64,000 nucleotides of DNA from Eledone cirrhosa (lineage: Eukaryota): NCBI GenBank assembly GCA_964016885.1, contig OZ024741.1, forward strand, positions 36,394,001 to 36,458,000. The letters are read 5' to 3'. This document shows positions 13,484 to 27,659 of the stretch, in pieces (within the stretch, counting starts at the first letter, position 1; each line of letters starts with the position of its first letter). A program made the position numbers and the translations under genes. Under the pieces are notes generated by a model. The model was given only the letters and a program-made list of their open reading frames with translations, had not been told where the DNA came from and did no database searches.

Positions 13484-14228
13484 CCATATTTCTCAGAATA
13501 TAGGATGCGCTTTGTTTCCAAAATTTGACCCTCAAAAATCACTGTGTGTCTTATAAGGCGAAGGTCAGATTTGGGGTAATTACTGTATCCTGTTTGGGAC
13601 CAATCTCATGCACATATCACTGATAATACAGTAAGGAGGATAAAGAACTTAAACACTGAAATAGCTATCATACCTGGTGGACTGACTTCTCAATTGCAAC
13701 CTCTTAATGTTTCACTAAACAAGCCTTTTAAGGCACATGAGAAAGGAATGGGATAACTGGATGAAGGATCTGCAACATGAACTGACACCAACAGGACGTA
13801 TGAAGAAGCCTACATTTTACCAGGTAATCCAGTGGGTGAAAAACTCAGGGGGTGCTGTGAAAACCAAGACAGTAATAAAAGCTTTCAAAAAATGTGCATC
13901 AGCAATGCCCTAGCAGGCACCGAAGATGATTTTCTATATAATGATAGCAACACAAGTGATTCTGAAAACAGCGATAGCCCTGATGAATGTGAGGAAGATG
14001 ATGAATTTCTGGAACTAGATGAGGGTGACGGCCAGGAAATCAAGGAGAGTGACAGCCAGGAAATGAATGATGATGACAGTAATCATGATGTTATAAGATT
14101 TGCAACTGATTAAAATTTTAATAGTGTTAATAGTGTTAAATCCCCTTAATTTTATTTTTCCTGGTTATTCATGTTAAATTTAGAATGCGCCCTATATTTC
14201 AGTGTGTCTTATATTCCGAAATATATGT
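13484..14228 (+). mobile_element. pogo/Tigger-family DNA transposon, internally deleted
   Basis: IAIIPGGLTSQLQPLNVSLNKPFKAH, CISNALAGTEDD and an acidic tail; degenerate TIRs CCATATTTCTCAGAATATAGG / TCTTATATTCCGAAATATATGT; TA flanks. Confidence 0.85.
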
Positions 14229-14244
14229 TATATATATATATATA

Positions 14245-14630
14245 ATCATCATCATCACCGTTTTACGTCCGTTCTTCCATGCTAGCATGGGTTAGACAGG
14301 TTCTCCTGTTGTGGGCAGTGTCCAGTCAGCTGACCTTGTCTTGCTCATATGGGAACTGATTCTGGCTTGATTTCTACAGCTGGATGCCCTTCCTAACACC
14401 AACCTCATTTACAGTGAGTGCTGCGTGCTTTTTTTCTGTGGCACCTCCACGCCCACTTTGCAGTGGAATGATAGGGACCCTAGTCCTATCATCTCATTTC
14501 TACAGCTGAGTAAACTGGAGCAATGTGAAATAAAGTGTCTTGCTCAAGGAAACATCACCCAGTCCGAGAATTGAACTCACAACCTTTTGATTGCAAGCCC
14601 AATGCCCTAACCACTAAGCCATGCACCTTC
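14245..14630 (-). mobile_element. tRNA-derived SINE family 2 (CORE-like body, RTE-derived tail), long-tail variant
   Basis: Head TGGCTTAGTGGTTAG..GAGTTCAATTCTC; TCCTTGAGCAAGACACTT; tail matches the RTE 3' UTR ending in (GAT)n. Confidence 0.85.
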
Positions 14631-14642
14631 ATATATATATAT

Positions 14643-14757
14643 ATTTATTAAAATAACAAATTAAAGTTTAAGCAAAGAATCGCTGCTTTCACCCTTAACG
14701 GGATCTTCTGAAACTAAAAAAGTCAATCTGTGAACGCAGAAGTAACTATTTCAAAAA
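14643..14757 (-). mobile_element. Penelope family A terminal fragment containing the variant hammerhead (14657-14730)
   Basis: Reverse complement of about 50010-50125. Confidence 0.85.
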
Positions 14758-15312
14758 TCATCATCATCTCTGTTTAACATCCATTTTTCCATGGTAGCAT
14801 GAGTTAGACGAGTTGTCCTGTTGTGAGACAAGCCAGGTCAGATGACCATATATATATATATAGGCACCCAGCCCACACTGCAAAGTGGACATGGCGGTGC
14901 CACGGAAAAAAAGCACCCAGCACTCACTGTAAATGAGGTTGGTGTTAGGAAGGGCACCCAGCTGTAGAAATCAAGCCAGAATCAGTTCCCATCCCACCCT
15001 TGCAAGCAGGGAAAAGCGGACGTAAAATGATGATGATGATGATAGGCCTGGAGAGGAATGGGCTCCACCAGGCTTAAAATGCCCAAGAAACAACTCTATC
15101 AAGTGTTACATGTGTGTTTGCACGTGTGTCTGTGGGATTGCGTCTGCGCATATTTGTGGTGCGGGTGTGGGTGTGTGTGTATATATACATATATATGTAT
15201 ATATATATATATGTATATATATATGTATATATATATATGGAGAAAAGGAGAGAGAGATGAAGAAACACATAGCTAGATAGATAGTTAAAAAGATAGATAG
15301 ATAATAGATAGA

Positions 15313-16305
15313 TTTCTTTATTAGCCACAAGGGCGCACAAGAAAAGGGGACAATACAAAGACATGCCGGGGATTTTACATACAGTCGTGTAAAAAATATA
15401 AAAACAAACAATTACAACAATCGAAATCCCCAATAGGGGGATGCGCCACAAATGGGTTGTTTAATACCCCGTCAATAGAACAACCCTCAACTCCAGGAGC
15501 GTGTTGTGCAAGTGCTCCTTTCTTCCTTTTGCTCTCTTCCTCAACCTACATGCTTATAAACAGAGAAGGCCCAATCACTCGGGCCATTTTTGCTTCATTC
15601 ACCCACCTTTCATTAAATTTACTGGGGTGCAGTGCCTCTCTCTCCACGCTGATTCTCCTTCTAAAGTGATACTTAAAGAAGGGCATCAATTGTTGTCCAG
15701 AGAGAAAGGCATCTGTCCTCAGTCCTCTCAACCTCGTCCACCATATAACTTCTTTCACCATAGCCACCGTACAGAGGAAAACCGCCTCTCTTTCGTTTTT
15801 GAAAGAGGCTGGCGGTTTGATCTTTACTATGGACTCGGCAGTCAACTGGATTTGTCCCATATGCGACAGCAGTTGTTCTGCATAGTTCTACAGGTCAGTT
15901 ACGCCCGGGCAGTGTACAATTGCGTGAGGACTGTTTCAATGTCCTGCGCGCATCTTGGACACGTCCTCTTGGAAGGATCCCTGCCGGGGCATCCGTGCCT
16001 GTAGATCTTGTCACGAACCGGTAGAGCTCCTCGGTAGCACTGCCAGACCAGGGACCTCTGGAAGTTGTCCATAGGTCCCGGGCGGAAAGTCCTACCAAAT
16101 AGACTGGTGAGCTCATCGTCTTCAATGCCCAGAGTATCTCCGGGTACATCGTCGCCCTTGTAATGTACAATCCCTCTATAGAATGTCGAAGTGGAGTCTC
16201 CACTGATTGCTTCCGCCCGCTTGCCAGAAGACTGTGAGCACCTGAGCGCATTCAATGTGCCAGGTGCCCATCGTTTTTGGTCTTTTCTTGACCCAGGGTG
16301 CAGCT
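15313..16305 (-). mobile_element. Tx1/L1-group LINE 3' fragment (zf-RVT region)
   Basis: FQRSLVWQCYRGALPVRDK..TCPRCAQDIETV; KEVIWWTR; 3' AATAAA followed by (TATC)n. Confidence 0.85.
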
Positions 16306-16335
16306 AATAGATAGATAGATAGATAGATAGATATA

Positions 16336-16651
16336 TTTCTTTATTAGCCACAGGGGCACAAAAGAAGGGGACAAATACAAAGGGGGAAGTTTACATACAA
16401 TAAAAACGTGTAAAATGTTATCACAGATGGAATTTAAAAGTTAGTCGATTTTCCCCAATAGAGGGAGACAGTTTATATGGGTAACACAGACCCCCGAAAA
16501 AAATGTGCAACCCTCATCTCCAGGAGTACGAAGAGCTTGTACTCCTTTCCTCTCCTCCTCCTTTTCCTCAACCTACAGGCTGATATAGAGAGAAGGCCCA
16601 TTCACTCGGGCCATTCTCGCCACTTTCACCCACCTTTCATAAAACTTGCTG
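16336..16651 (-). mobile_element. Second, diverged Tx1/L1-group 3' fragment
   Basis: SKFYERWVKVARMARVNGPSL matches the first copy's SKFNERWVNEAKMARVIGPSL; same GTGGCTAATAAAGAAAT terminus. Confidence 0.8.
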
Positions 16652-18082
16652 GATAGATAGATAGATAGATAGATAGATAGACAGACAGATAAATAGACAG
16701 ATATATCATTAAAGTAAAATGTGGTGGTGTTTGGAGGAAAATGGTGAAGTAAATGGGAGAGAGGTTTTTTTAATGTATTTTTCATTTTTTTTGTTTTTGT
16801 TTTTGTTCACAAATTCTATTTTATTTTAATTCTTTTTTTTTTTTGTGAACACCAGTGTAAAGGAGAATAGTATTAGAGATCTAACTATATCACTTACCCT
16901 CCTTCTTCTCTCACCTACACATCTGTGTACACACAACATCTTGTATAGTGGAACTGATCGTCATTGGCTTCTATATTGAATGTTCAGCTGTTCAATTAAC
17001 AGAACAGCTTGCTCATAATCTACAGTTACTGATTGGGGAGATCTAATGTGACACAGAGTATAACAACTCTGGCTCTTTGGTTTACAAGTACTGCCAGAAG
17101 AACTCTTCAGCTGTGTTAAAGACACAAACATTTACATTACTCTATATATACTATTATATTTTTTGGTAAAGGCTTTGCCCCACATAATTATCTCATATGA
17201 TATTAAATCTATGAGATTTTGATATCATTTATTTGATAACAATACCTTAACATCAGTATGAATAGCAAGTTACGGCCAGTTTGAACAGAAAGAGGTGAGA
17301 GAATTTTGGCTGGATATGGCTGGTTTAAATACTAAAGAGTTAAAGACAATCTTCCTAGAGTTGTCAATCAATATGTTAAACTCAATCAATGTACAGTGGT
17401 TGGTGATAGGAAGTACATCAAGCCATAGAAAACCTGCCAAAGGGGTGGACAGACTTTTCAGCTGTGTCAGCTCATGAAACTTCCTGAGTGCTGGTGCCAC
17501 AATGAAATGCATGCCACAGAGCGCAAGAATGTATGTAAGCAAGATGTGGGACCCCAGCCTATCTGAGAGGTCAGTAGCTCTACGGGTGTACTAACTCGGT
17601 CTGTAAAAACGCATCCAACCTTTGTTATCAAGGAAAACAGACATTAAATGATTGTTATGATGATGATGATGAAAATGATGATAATGATGAGTCTGTCACA
17701 CAAGCTTCCAATCAGTTTCCATCAACCTAATTTCAAAGAAGGGAGAAAAACTGTGAAAGAAGCAGAGAACATTCTAGAATTGAAAGCCGTGATAGGTGCA
17801 ATTCCAGTGGTTGGCATTAGGAAGAGTATCCAGCCATAGAAACCAAGACAAAAAACAAGAGTTAGTCACCTACCAATCTAGCATAGGTATGTAACAACCC
17901 ATCTAACCCATGCAATCATGGAAAATAGGTGTTAAATGGTGGTCATGGGGATGAATCTTTGTATCAAGTGAATTTGAAGGCTTGCTTGTCATTTTATAAC
18001 AAGGAATTGTAACATTTTCAAATAAAGCTAGTGCAGTTGGATGGAGTTTCATGCAGGTATATTGTTTCTTTCAAATGTTTAA

Positions 18083-18303
18083 CCATTTAGCAATTAAACC
18101 AGCTGTATCCGGCCAAAATTCTCTCACCTATTTTTGTTCAAACCGGCTGTAACCAGCTGCTCATACTAATGTTAAGATATTTTTCTCAAAATAAATAATA
18201 TCAAAATTTCATAGATTTGATATTATGTGAGATAATTATGTGAGGTAAAGCCTTTACCATAAAAATACAATAGCAAGTATAGAGTAATGTGAATGCTAAA
18301 GGG
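18083..18303. mobile_element. piggyBac-type MITE (same family as 7688)
   Basis: TTAA|CCATTTAGCA..TGCTAAAGGG|TTAA. Confidence 0.85.
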
Positions 18304-18689
18304 TTAATCATTCACATTACAGACACTTAACCCTTTCCTTACCATATTGTTAATGAAAAATACTGCTTATAATTTCTAAATAATCTTGATAATTATCGAA
18401 GACTGGAGGGATTTAATAATATAACTAACTTTTTCATTATTAATCTGGTGTTCGGAGCAAAAATTAACAAAGGTTCTTACATACAATTATGGTGGAACAT
18501 TTTTAGATGATATATATATATATATATAGGAAAAGAGTCAGGACCCCAGCAGCTGAGCTCCAGCTGTTTCAACAGCTAGATCCCAACTAGTTGGGGTTAC
18601 CCACTCTACTACCCTAAGTATCAAGTACTCTGGTGCGTTAGGGTCCACCTGGTTCCTCACCACACATTCTTTGTTATATATATATGTAT

Positions 18690-19290
18690 CGTCATCATCA
18701 TCATCATCGTTTAACGTCTATCTTCCACGCTAGCATGGGTTAGACAGGAGTTGTCCCACTTGCAGTAAGATTTGTTAGGTGACCATGTCTCGTTCGTACA
18801 GAACTGTTTCTGACAGGTTTTCTACAGCTGGGTGCCCTTCCTAACACCAACCACATTTACAGTGTGGACTCAGAACTTTTTACCGTGTTACCTACATGGC
18901 TACATTACAGCGTGGACTGTGTGTATTTCTGTCGTGACACCTACATGATCTCATTAGTTTGGACTGGATATTGTGGTACCAACATAACTTTATAGAGAAA
19001 GAGTGGTGTTGGCGGGAGTGGGAGGATGGAGTGGGGTAGTGGGTTGGGGTGTATGTTTGGTTTGGAAGGGCCTACTGACTGTAGGTTAACTTTGCACGTA
19101 TGGATGGTGGGTCTTCTGTAATGCTGCATGGCACCAAAGATCTCAATCCAATGACATTGTCTTAGAGAGGTGCAAGTGTGCAAGGTTGGACTTTATCATG
19201 TCATCCCAGGTTTTACTCCGTTACTTCCATCAATATTGATCGCCCTGCACTTTTTTATTTTTATACAGCTGTCGTCTTTCATGCGCATCA
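18690..19290 (-). mobile_element. RTE LINE 3' fragment
   Basis: Homologous to 1-455 and 4170-4751; (CAT)n tail. Confidence 0.9.
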
Positions 19291-19451
19291 TATATATATA
19301 TATATATATACATATATATATAAACATTTTAAAACAAACAGTTTTGTATCATGGTTTCAGGTGTTCTCATATCAAATAGGTTAAAGACTATTATGGAGGC
19401 CATGATTCCACTAATAATTACACATCACTGTTGTAGCAGTCATCATTATAA

Positions 19452-19640
19452 TTGGTGGATTGGCAGTATTGGTAGAGGGTCGGACACCATGCTTTGACGC
19501 ATAGAGTTACGGCCCTTGCTATTCTGAGTTCAAATCCCGCCGAGGTTAACTTTGCCTTTCATCTTTACGGGGTTGATAAAATAAAGTACCAGTAATGCGC
19601 TGGAATAATTGCTGGCCTTGTGCCAAAAGTAGAAACAATT
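19452..19640 (+). mobile_element. SINE family 1
   Basis: A and B boxes plus conserved central motif. Confidence 0.88.
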
Positions 19641-20657
19641 ATAATTTATACAGCCAAATTGTCACCAGGTTTGTTTTCAAACCAATATTAACTCTTTTGA
19701 AATCAGATTTCAAATGAAATACACTTTCTGTTTGTTTCAATTTAGATGGAGAATCATTGTCAGTCTTTAAAGCATAGAACACAGGTTCTCAAAGTGGGTG
19801 CTATTGGATGATAGACTTAATCTGTCACTCAGTTTAATACCACCACCTGGTCCTTGGGTGATAGACTTAATCTGTCACCCAGTTTAATATTACCACCTTT
19901 TCCTTCAGTACCTTTAGAAGAATTTATTTTATTGCATTTGAACTAGGTCTCTAATTTCAGGACACCTTCCCCACTCTTTGTTACCTGTTTTAGAAGCCCT
20001 GAAAAGTATCTGCCATTCCTTCCTTATCTAAACAATTTTTTTCTTAAGTAGTTAAGGAATTTAGTAATATAAACCGATTGCTTATATTATTAAAGTAATA
20101 TTTGAAAAATAATTTAATAAAAGGTTCTTATAAAAAAAATCAAGATAGAAGGTTTCAATTTAAATATAAACATTTTAAAGCATAATGTATAATAAAACCA
20201 GGGGTGGTCTCAGGCAGATTGCTGTCAAAAAGGTTAACTTCAAAAACAAAATGATAAAAAATATTTATATACACATTCATTTTTTTTTATTTTTGTTTTG
20301 TTTTTCTATATATGATATCTATAGGCGTTGAACTGGCAGAGTTGTTAGAACATTGAATAGAACGCTTTGCAGTATTCCTTCTGGCTCTCTGCTCTCTCAC
20401 TTCAAATCCCACCGAGGTCAACTTTGCATTCATCCATTGAAGGTCAATAAAAAAGGTACCAGTCTAGTACTGGGACCAATTCTTCTTCTGTATCTCTTTC
20501 TCACTTCCATTCTTTCACTCCCTCTCTCTCCATCTCTGGAAGAAATCTGCTCTATTCAAACCCGGAGAAGAAATGGGCTCCACCAGGTTTTAAAATTCCC
20601 TAGAAATGGCGCATGTCACTACAGCACCCCTACAACTCCTCCAGGAGTTACGGGATC

Positions 20658-22885
20658 ATACATACATATGATATCTATACAGGGCCATACATACATACAT
20701 ATGATATCTATACAGGGCCATACATACATACATATGATATCTATACAGGGCCATACATACATACGATATCTATACAGGGCCATACATACATACGATATCT
20801 ATACAGGGCCATACATACATATGATATCTATACAGGTCCATACATACATACATATGATATCTATACAGGTCCATACATACATACATACATATGATATCTA
20901 TACAGGTCCATACATACATACATACATATGATATCTATACAGGTCCATACATACATACATACATATGATATCTATACAGGTCCATACATACATACATACA
21001 TATGATATCTATACAGGTCCATACATACATACATACATATGATATCTATACAGGTCCATACATACATACATATGATATCTATACAGGTCCATACATACAT
21101 ACATACATATGATATCTATACAGGTCCATACATACATACATACATATGATATCTATACAGGGCCATACATACATACATACGATATCTATACAGGGCCATA
21201 CATACATACGATATCTATACAGGGCCATACATACATACATATGATATCTATACAGGTCCATACATACATACATACATATGATATCTATACAGGTCCATAC
21301 ATACATATGATATCTATACAGGTCCATACATACATACATATGATATCTATACAGGTCCATACATACATACATATGATATCTATACAGGGTCATACATACA
21401 TACATACGATATCTATACAGGGCCATACATACATACATACGATATCTATACAGGTCCATACATACATACATATGATATCTATACAGGTCCATACATACAT
21501 ACATACGATATCTATACAGGTCCATACATACATACATACATATGATATCTATACAGGTCCATACATACATACATATGATATCTATACAGGGCCATACATA
21601 CATACATATGATATCTATACAGGTCCATACATACATACATATGATATCTATACAGGTCCATACATACATACATATGATATCTATACAGGGCCATACATAC
21701 ATACATATGATATCTATACAGGTCCATACATACATACATACATATGATATCTATACAGGTCCATACATACATACATACATATGATATCTATACAGGGCCA
21801 TACATACATACATATGATATCTATACAGGTCCATACATACATACATATGATATCTATACAGGTCCATACATACATACATACATATGATATCTATACAGGT
21901 CCATACATACATATGATATCTATACAGGTCCATACATACATACATACATATGATATCTATACAGGTCCATACATACATACATACATATGATATCTATACA
22001 GGTCCATACATACATACATATGATATCTATACAGGTCCATACATACATACATACATATGATATCTATACAGGTCCATACATACATACATACATATGATAT
22101 CTATACAGGGCCATACATACATACATACGATATCTATACAGGGCCATACATACATACGATATCTATACAGGGCCATACATACATACATATGATATCTATA
22201 CAGGTCCATACATACATACATACATATGATATCTATACAGGTCCATACATACATATGATATCTATACAGGTCCATACATACATACATATGATATCTATAC
22301 AGGTCCATACATACATACATATGATATCTATACAGGGTCATACATACATACATACGATATCTATACAGGGCCATACATACATACGATATCTATACAGGTC
22401 CATACATACATACATATGATATCTATACAGGTCCATACATACATACATACGATATCTATACAGGTCCATACATACATACATACATATGATATCTATACAG
22501 GTCCATACATACATATGATATCTATACAGGGCCATACATACATACATACGATATCTATACAGGGCCATACATACATACGATATCTATACAGGGCCATACA
22601 TACATACATATGATATCTATACAGGGCCATACATACATACATATGATATCTATACAGGTCCATACATACATACATATGATATCTATACAGGGCCATACAT
22701 ACATACATACGATATCTATACAGGTCCATACATACATACATACATATGATATCTATACAGGTCCATACATACATACATATGATATCTATACAGGGCCATA
22801 CATACATACATATGATATCTATACAGGGACATACATACATACATATGATATCTATACAGGTCCATACATACATATGATATCTATA
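20658..22885. repeat. Minisatellite, unit (CATA)n-YGATATCTATACAGGKC, 29-37 bp
   Basis: Direct reading; unit length varies in steps of 4 bp. Confidence 0.97.
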
Positions 22886-22949
22886 TATATAATATGCACA
22901 AGATTTGGATTGGATACAATAATTAATAATTGACTAATACAGATTTTTG

Positions 22950-23400
22950 TTTATGGTGTGTGTGGGGGGTATGTATGAGGGGGTATGTGTGAGTGGGGGG
23001 GGGTATGTTTGTGTGAATGCATGTGCACATGCATGTGTATGTGTGTGCATGAGTGTGTGTGAATGTATGAGCATATGTATGTGCATCAGTGAACATGTGG
23101 GTATGCATATGTGTGAATGTGCATGCATATGCTTGTGCATATGTGCATGTGAATACATGCGTGTGATTGTACATATGTATGCATGAGTGTATGTATATGT
23201 GTGAGCTTGCCTGTATGTATGTGTGAATGCATATGTGTGTAAGTGTATGCACATGTGTGTATGTAAGAGCATGAGTCAATAAGTGTGTGCATGAGTGTGT
23301 GTGTATGTGTGTATGTGTGTGAGTGTGAGTGTATGTGTGTGTATGAGTGAGTGTATGAGTGTGTATGTGTCTGTATGTGTATATTTGTATGTGTATATGG
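22950..23400. repeat. Degenerate (TG)/(TATG) low-complexity tract
   Basis: Direct reading. Confidence 0.9.
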
Positions 23401-23614
23401 AAAGTGAGATGACAAATTAGCAAAGAACATCAGTTAGAATACTATGTAATATTTGTTCAGGCTCTCTGAGTTCAAATCCTAGCCAGGTAAGAACCAATCT
23501 AGTACTGGAGTTGATTCTTCATCTATATGTCTTTCTTACTTCCTTTTCCTCTCCTTCTCTGGAAGAAGTCAACTGTGTTTAGACCAGGTTTGAGGATAGG
23601 CTCCACAGGTTTAA

Positions 23615-23826
23615 CCCTTTAGCATTTAAACCGCCCGTATCCAGCCAGAATTTTCTCTTTCCAAACTGGCCATAACTGGCCACTCATACTGATGTTAAAG
23701 AATTATTCTCAAAATAAATAACATTAAAATCTCATAGATTCAATATTATGTAAGATAATCATTTGAGATAAAGCCTTTATCATGAAAATACAATAGTAAA
23801 TATAAAGTAGTGTAAATGTTAAAGGG
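23615..23826. mobile_element. piggyBac-type MITE (same family as 7688)
   Basis: TTAA|CCCTTTAGCATTTA..TAAATGTTAAAGGG|TTAA; partial fourth copy at about 52020-52189. Confidence 0.85.
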
Positions 23827-24444
23827 TTAAAATATATCACTCCAACTCCTGATGTTAGGACATCCACAAACCCCTGGCTGCCTCATCGACTCCACCTGCA
23901 ACTGCCCCACCGAACTCGACTCCACCTATCTCAACTCCATTCTCACACCCCTAGTAGTCGCTCTCCCCTCCCACATTCCCAACACCAACCACACCCTCCA
24001 ACTCTTTGACTCCTTTAACTTTCCACCCCCCTCCCCTCCTATTCACCCTAGATATCAAATCCCTTTACATGGCCTATGAACTTTTCAGCTGGCCCTCATG
24101 AATACACAATGGACCTATAACTCCTGATGAAGTCAGAGTAACATATTTAAAATATGTATAAATATATATATGTTCCGAAGAGATTGTTTTGGTAAAAACA
24201 GGAACAAGCAGGAGAAAGCTCTCCACATTCGTAGTTTGTAGTTACAATGGAGATTCAGTATAAGAATAACATTAATAAAGATGCTGATGTTACACAAATC
24301 GTTTATTCATTATAATTATTTCAATGGTCCTCTCATGCAATCAAGATGTGATTCATGCATTTGTTGTTGTTATGAGAACAGTATCCTCATATGAAATTCG
24401 ATTTTCATCTGAGGATTTTGTTCTCATAACAGCACTGAAACTCA

Positions 24445-24884
24445 ATGGGTGACCCAAAAAGACCTGGGATGAGGTGATAAAAGCTGATCTTGTCCAATTG
24501 CACCTCTCAAATGTGATGACACAGGACCGTGTCCTCTGGCGTCACGCAGTAATACAGAAGACCAGACTACCTACAGGAACAAGCCAACGCTGAAGCATAT
24601 AGACAATATGCCCCCATCCCCTCCCACTACAAAGTGGTCGTGGAGGTGTCACGGCAAAAAAGCACCCAGCCCACACTGTAAAGTGGTTGTGTAGGTGCCA
24701 CGGAAAAAAAGCACCCAGCACTCACTGTAAATGAGGTTGGTGTTAGGAAGGGCATCCAGCTGTAGAAATCGAGCCAGAATCAATTCCTGTATGTGCACGA
24801 TAAAGTCACCCGACCTGGCACTGCCCACAACAGGACCATGCTAGCGTGGAAGAATGGACGTAAAACGGAGATGATGATGATGAT
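24445..24884 (+). mobile_element. RTE LINE 3' fragment
   Basis: PKKTWDEVIKADL..DRVLWR, 3' UTR, (GAT)n. Confidence 0.9.
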
Positions 24885-25265
24885 ATATATATATATATAT
24901 ATTTTTTTATTTCAATCAATCTAAGCTGATGAATGACATGCACACACACACACATACACACATGTATGCACATGAAGACACATACATATGCATATGAAAA
25001 CACACACTCTTCAATGACAAATAGAACACCACATGCACTCAGTTTTATTCCTTTAGTTCATACCCTCTTCAGAGATAACACATTAGAGTTTCTTATACCA
25101 ACAACAACACAAACAATAATGTACATACCATATACGTAATCATCATCATGTTCATCATTCAACGTCCATTTTCACTGCTAGCTAGGGTAGGGCAGGTCAT
25201 TACAGACTCCATCAGTACTTGAGCAGAGCTACCGATCTCTGAGATGGATCAAGGCCAGCATCCTG

Positions 25266-25695
25266 CTTACATTCGTTCTCACACTCTACTGAGTGCTCAG
25301 TCAAGTCAAGGGTTTGTATTTCACTTACATACGTTCTCACACTCTACTGAGTGCTCAGACAGGCCAGGGGCTTGTATTTCACTTACATACGTTCTCACAC
25401 TCTACTGAGTGCTCAGACAGGCCAGGGGCTTGTATTTCACTTACATACGTTCTCACACTCTACTGAGTGCTCAGACAGGCCAAGGGGCTTGTATTTCACT
25501 TACATTCGTTCTCACACTCTACTGAGTGCTGAGACAGGCCAGGGGCTTGTATTTCACTTACATTCGTTCTCACACTCTACTGAGTGCTCAGACAGGCCAA
25601 GGGCTTATATTTCACTTACATACATTCTCACACTCTACTGAGTGCTCAGACAGGCTTGTATTTCACTTACATAAATTCCTGTGCTCTACTGAGTG
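25266..25695. repeat. 58-59 bp tandem repeat, about 7 copies
   Basis: GTATTTCACTTACATACGTTCTCACACTCTACTGAGTGCTCAGACAGGCCAGGGGCTT with starts at 25316, 25374, 25432, 25491. Confidence 0.95.
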
Positions 25696-26380
25696 TATTT
25701 TATCATGGCACCAACAATAGAGGTTGTCATGATTTTGACACAGTTGAAGCATTCTCCTGATACATTGTTTGGTAGGTTTTCTATGACCGGATGCCCTTCT
25801 TTTCACCAACCAATTTACAGAATGTACATATATCATTTTATATATGTACACTTACATTATCATTGATTTTATTGTGCTTTATCAGAAAGTCAATGAATAA
25901 TGGGTTTTGTAATGTCACTATGAGGGTCAGCTGACTATGAATGAGTGATACTAGAGCTGTGAAATCTTGCATGTATTAATTTCAACTCTTTATATTTAAA
26001 ACTGCATTGTTTCTTTCCAGGGTCTCATTTTGTCATTCCATGAGAGTGCTTTGGTCAGTCTACAAACTTTTCCGCCAACCCTCATACATCTTCTGCACAT
26101 CTCTGACATTGAAGACACAGTCTACTGTTTAAACTGTTGCACTTCTGATCATAAGGTTGTGGGTTTGATTCCGATAGATGTTAAACGATGATGATGATGA
26201 TGATAATGATAATGTAGCACTTTATGTCCTTGAACAAGATGCTTCATTTCATGTTGCTCCAGTCCACTCTGTTGGGAAAAAAATGAATAGCAGAAGCTGG
26301 AGGTTTAACTTCTGCAACAGACTGGCATCTGATTAAGGGACTGGAGTCTTTTCATGATAGGACTGGGGGAAGGGGCTCTC

Positions 26381-26729
26381 TCATCATCATCATCATCATC
26401 ATCATCATTTTACGTCCGCTTTTCCCTGCTTGCAAGGGTGGGACGGGAACTGATTCTGGCTTGATTTCTACAGCTGGATGCCCTTCCTAACACCAACCTC
26501 ATTTACAGTGAGTGCTGGGTGCTTTTTTGCCGTGGCACCTCCACGACCACATTGCAGTGGAATGATAGAGACCCCAGTCCCTATCATCTCATTTCTACAG
26601 CTGAGTAAACTGGAGCAACGTGAAATAAAGTCTCTTGCTCAAGGAAACAACACATCACCCGGTCTGAGAATTGAACTCACAACCTTTCGATTGTAAGGCC
26701 AATGCTCTAACCACTAAGCCATGTGCCTC
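26381..26729 (-). mobile_element. SINE family 2, short-tail variant
   Basis: tRNA-like head, CORE-like body, RTE tail, (GAT)n; near-identical to 33140-33484. Confidence 0.88.
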
Positions 26730-27136
26730 TCATTAAAAAAAAAACCTAAGAAATCTCCTATGTGATGCAACCTCATAGGAGGCCTACTAACCTCTGCTTA
26801 GGTGTGAGCTGTCACAACTAAAACATCTGTGACATTATGTATTAATGGATCAATATCTTGGGTGGATTCTATGTATAGCATATAGGTGGTGGTGGTGGGT
26901 GGTGTTTGATGGGTGTTTCAGCTGAAAATATCATTCAGTGAATTATTTTAAAATCCCAATATTTATTTTTTGATAGATAGGAACCTGTATCTTCCTGTCA
27001 CTGGTATATTTACAAAGAAGGGAGTTTATTATATTAGCACTTAAACTTCTGTATGATTTAATAAAAAAATTTTAAAACAGGTTTGTTAGTTCAAATGTTT
27101 ATAGTACCTTTACTAGTAGATAGATCTTTGTGAACA

Positions 27137-27337
27137 TCGATATATATAAAAACGAAAATGTGTGTCACACATAGGTTATTTAGCTCCCAGAGCATGTCAA
27201 CATATAGTTTAAATCTTTCTCGCTCCTAAAATAGCAGAGTTGTGGGGCTATTTAAAACTGGCCATGTTGAGGAGAGAAAGGGTCTTTATTTACAGTGGCG
27301 AAAAGGTGTACCCAGTAATGATGGGCTCTTTTGCTAG
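27137..27337 (+). mobile_element. Non-autonomous Helitron
   Basis: A|TCGATATATATAAAAA ... CCCAGTAATGATGGG hairpin ... CTAG|T; no TSD. Confidence 0.65.
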
Positions 27338-27659
27338 TTTGTAATAAACTAAAGAAAAAGCCTCATTATCAATGTAATGCAGACAGTGTTGCTTTGTATT
27401 TTTTAAGAATAATTTACTAATGCAGTTTCGTGAACAGGATGTTCCTGTCTTTCTGATAGTGATAAAATAAGTACCAGTAATTTGCTGGGTTTGTTAACTA
27501 TACCAGTAATATAATGTATTTCCTGACTATACTAGTAAGCTAGTGGTTCTGTTGAATCTCCAGTAATGTTAATCTGCCTATCACATTCTTTCTTAAACTT
27601 TTCTTTCATTTGTGTCAATTGTACTCTGTCGAGGTCATTAATGCTAAGTATTTCTAAGG

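Noticed and set aside
25266-25695. Regular 58-bp repeat with a small hairpin, superficially CRISPR-like (likewise 20658-22885 and 27660-30292)
   Set aside because: No unique spacers, no cas genes, eukaryotic context: these are tandem repeats
26655-26729. tRNA-like sequence
   Set aside because: SINE head that continues into body and RTE tail; acceptor stem does not pair
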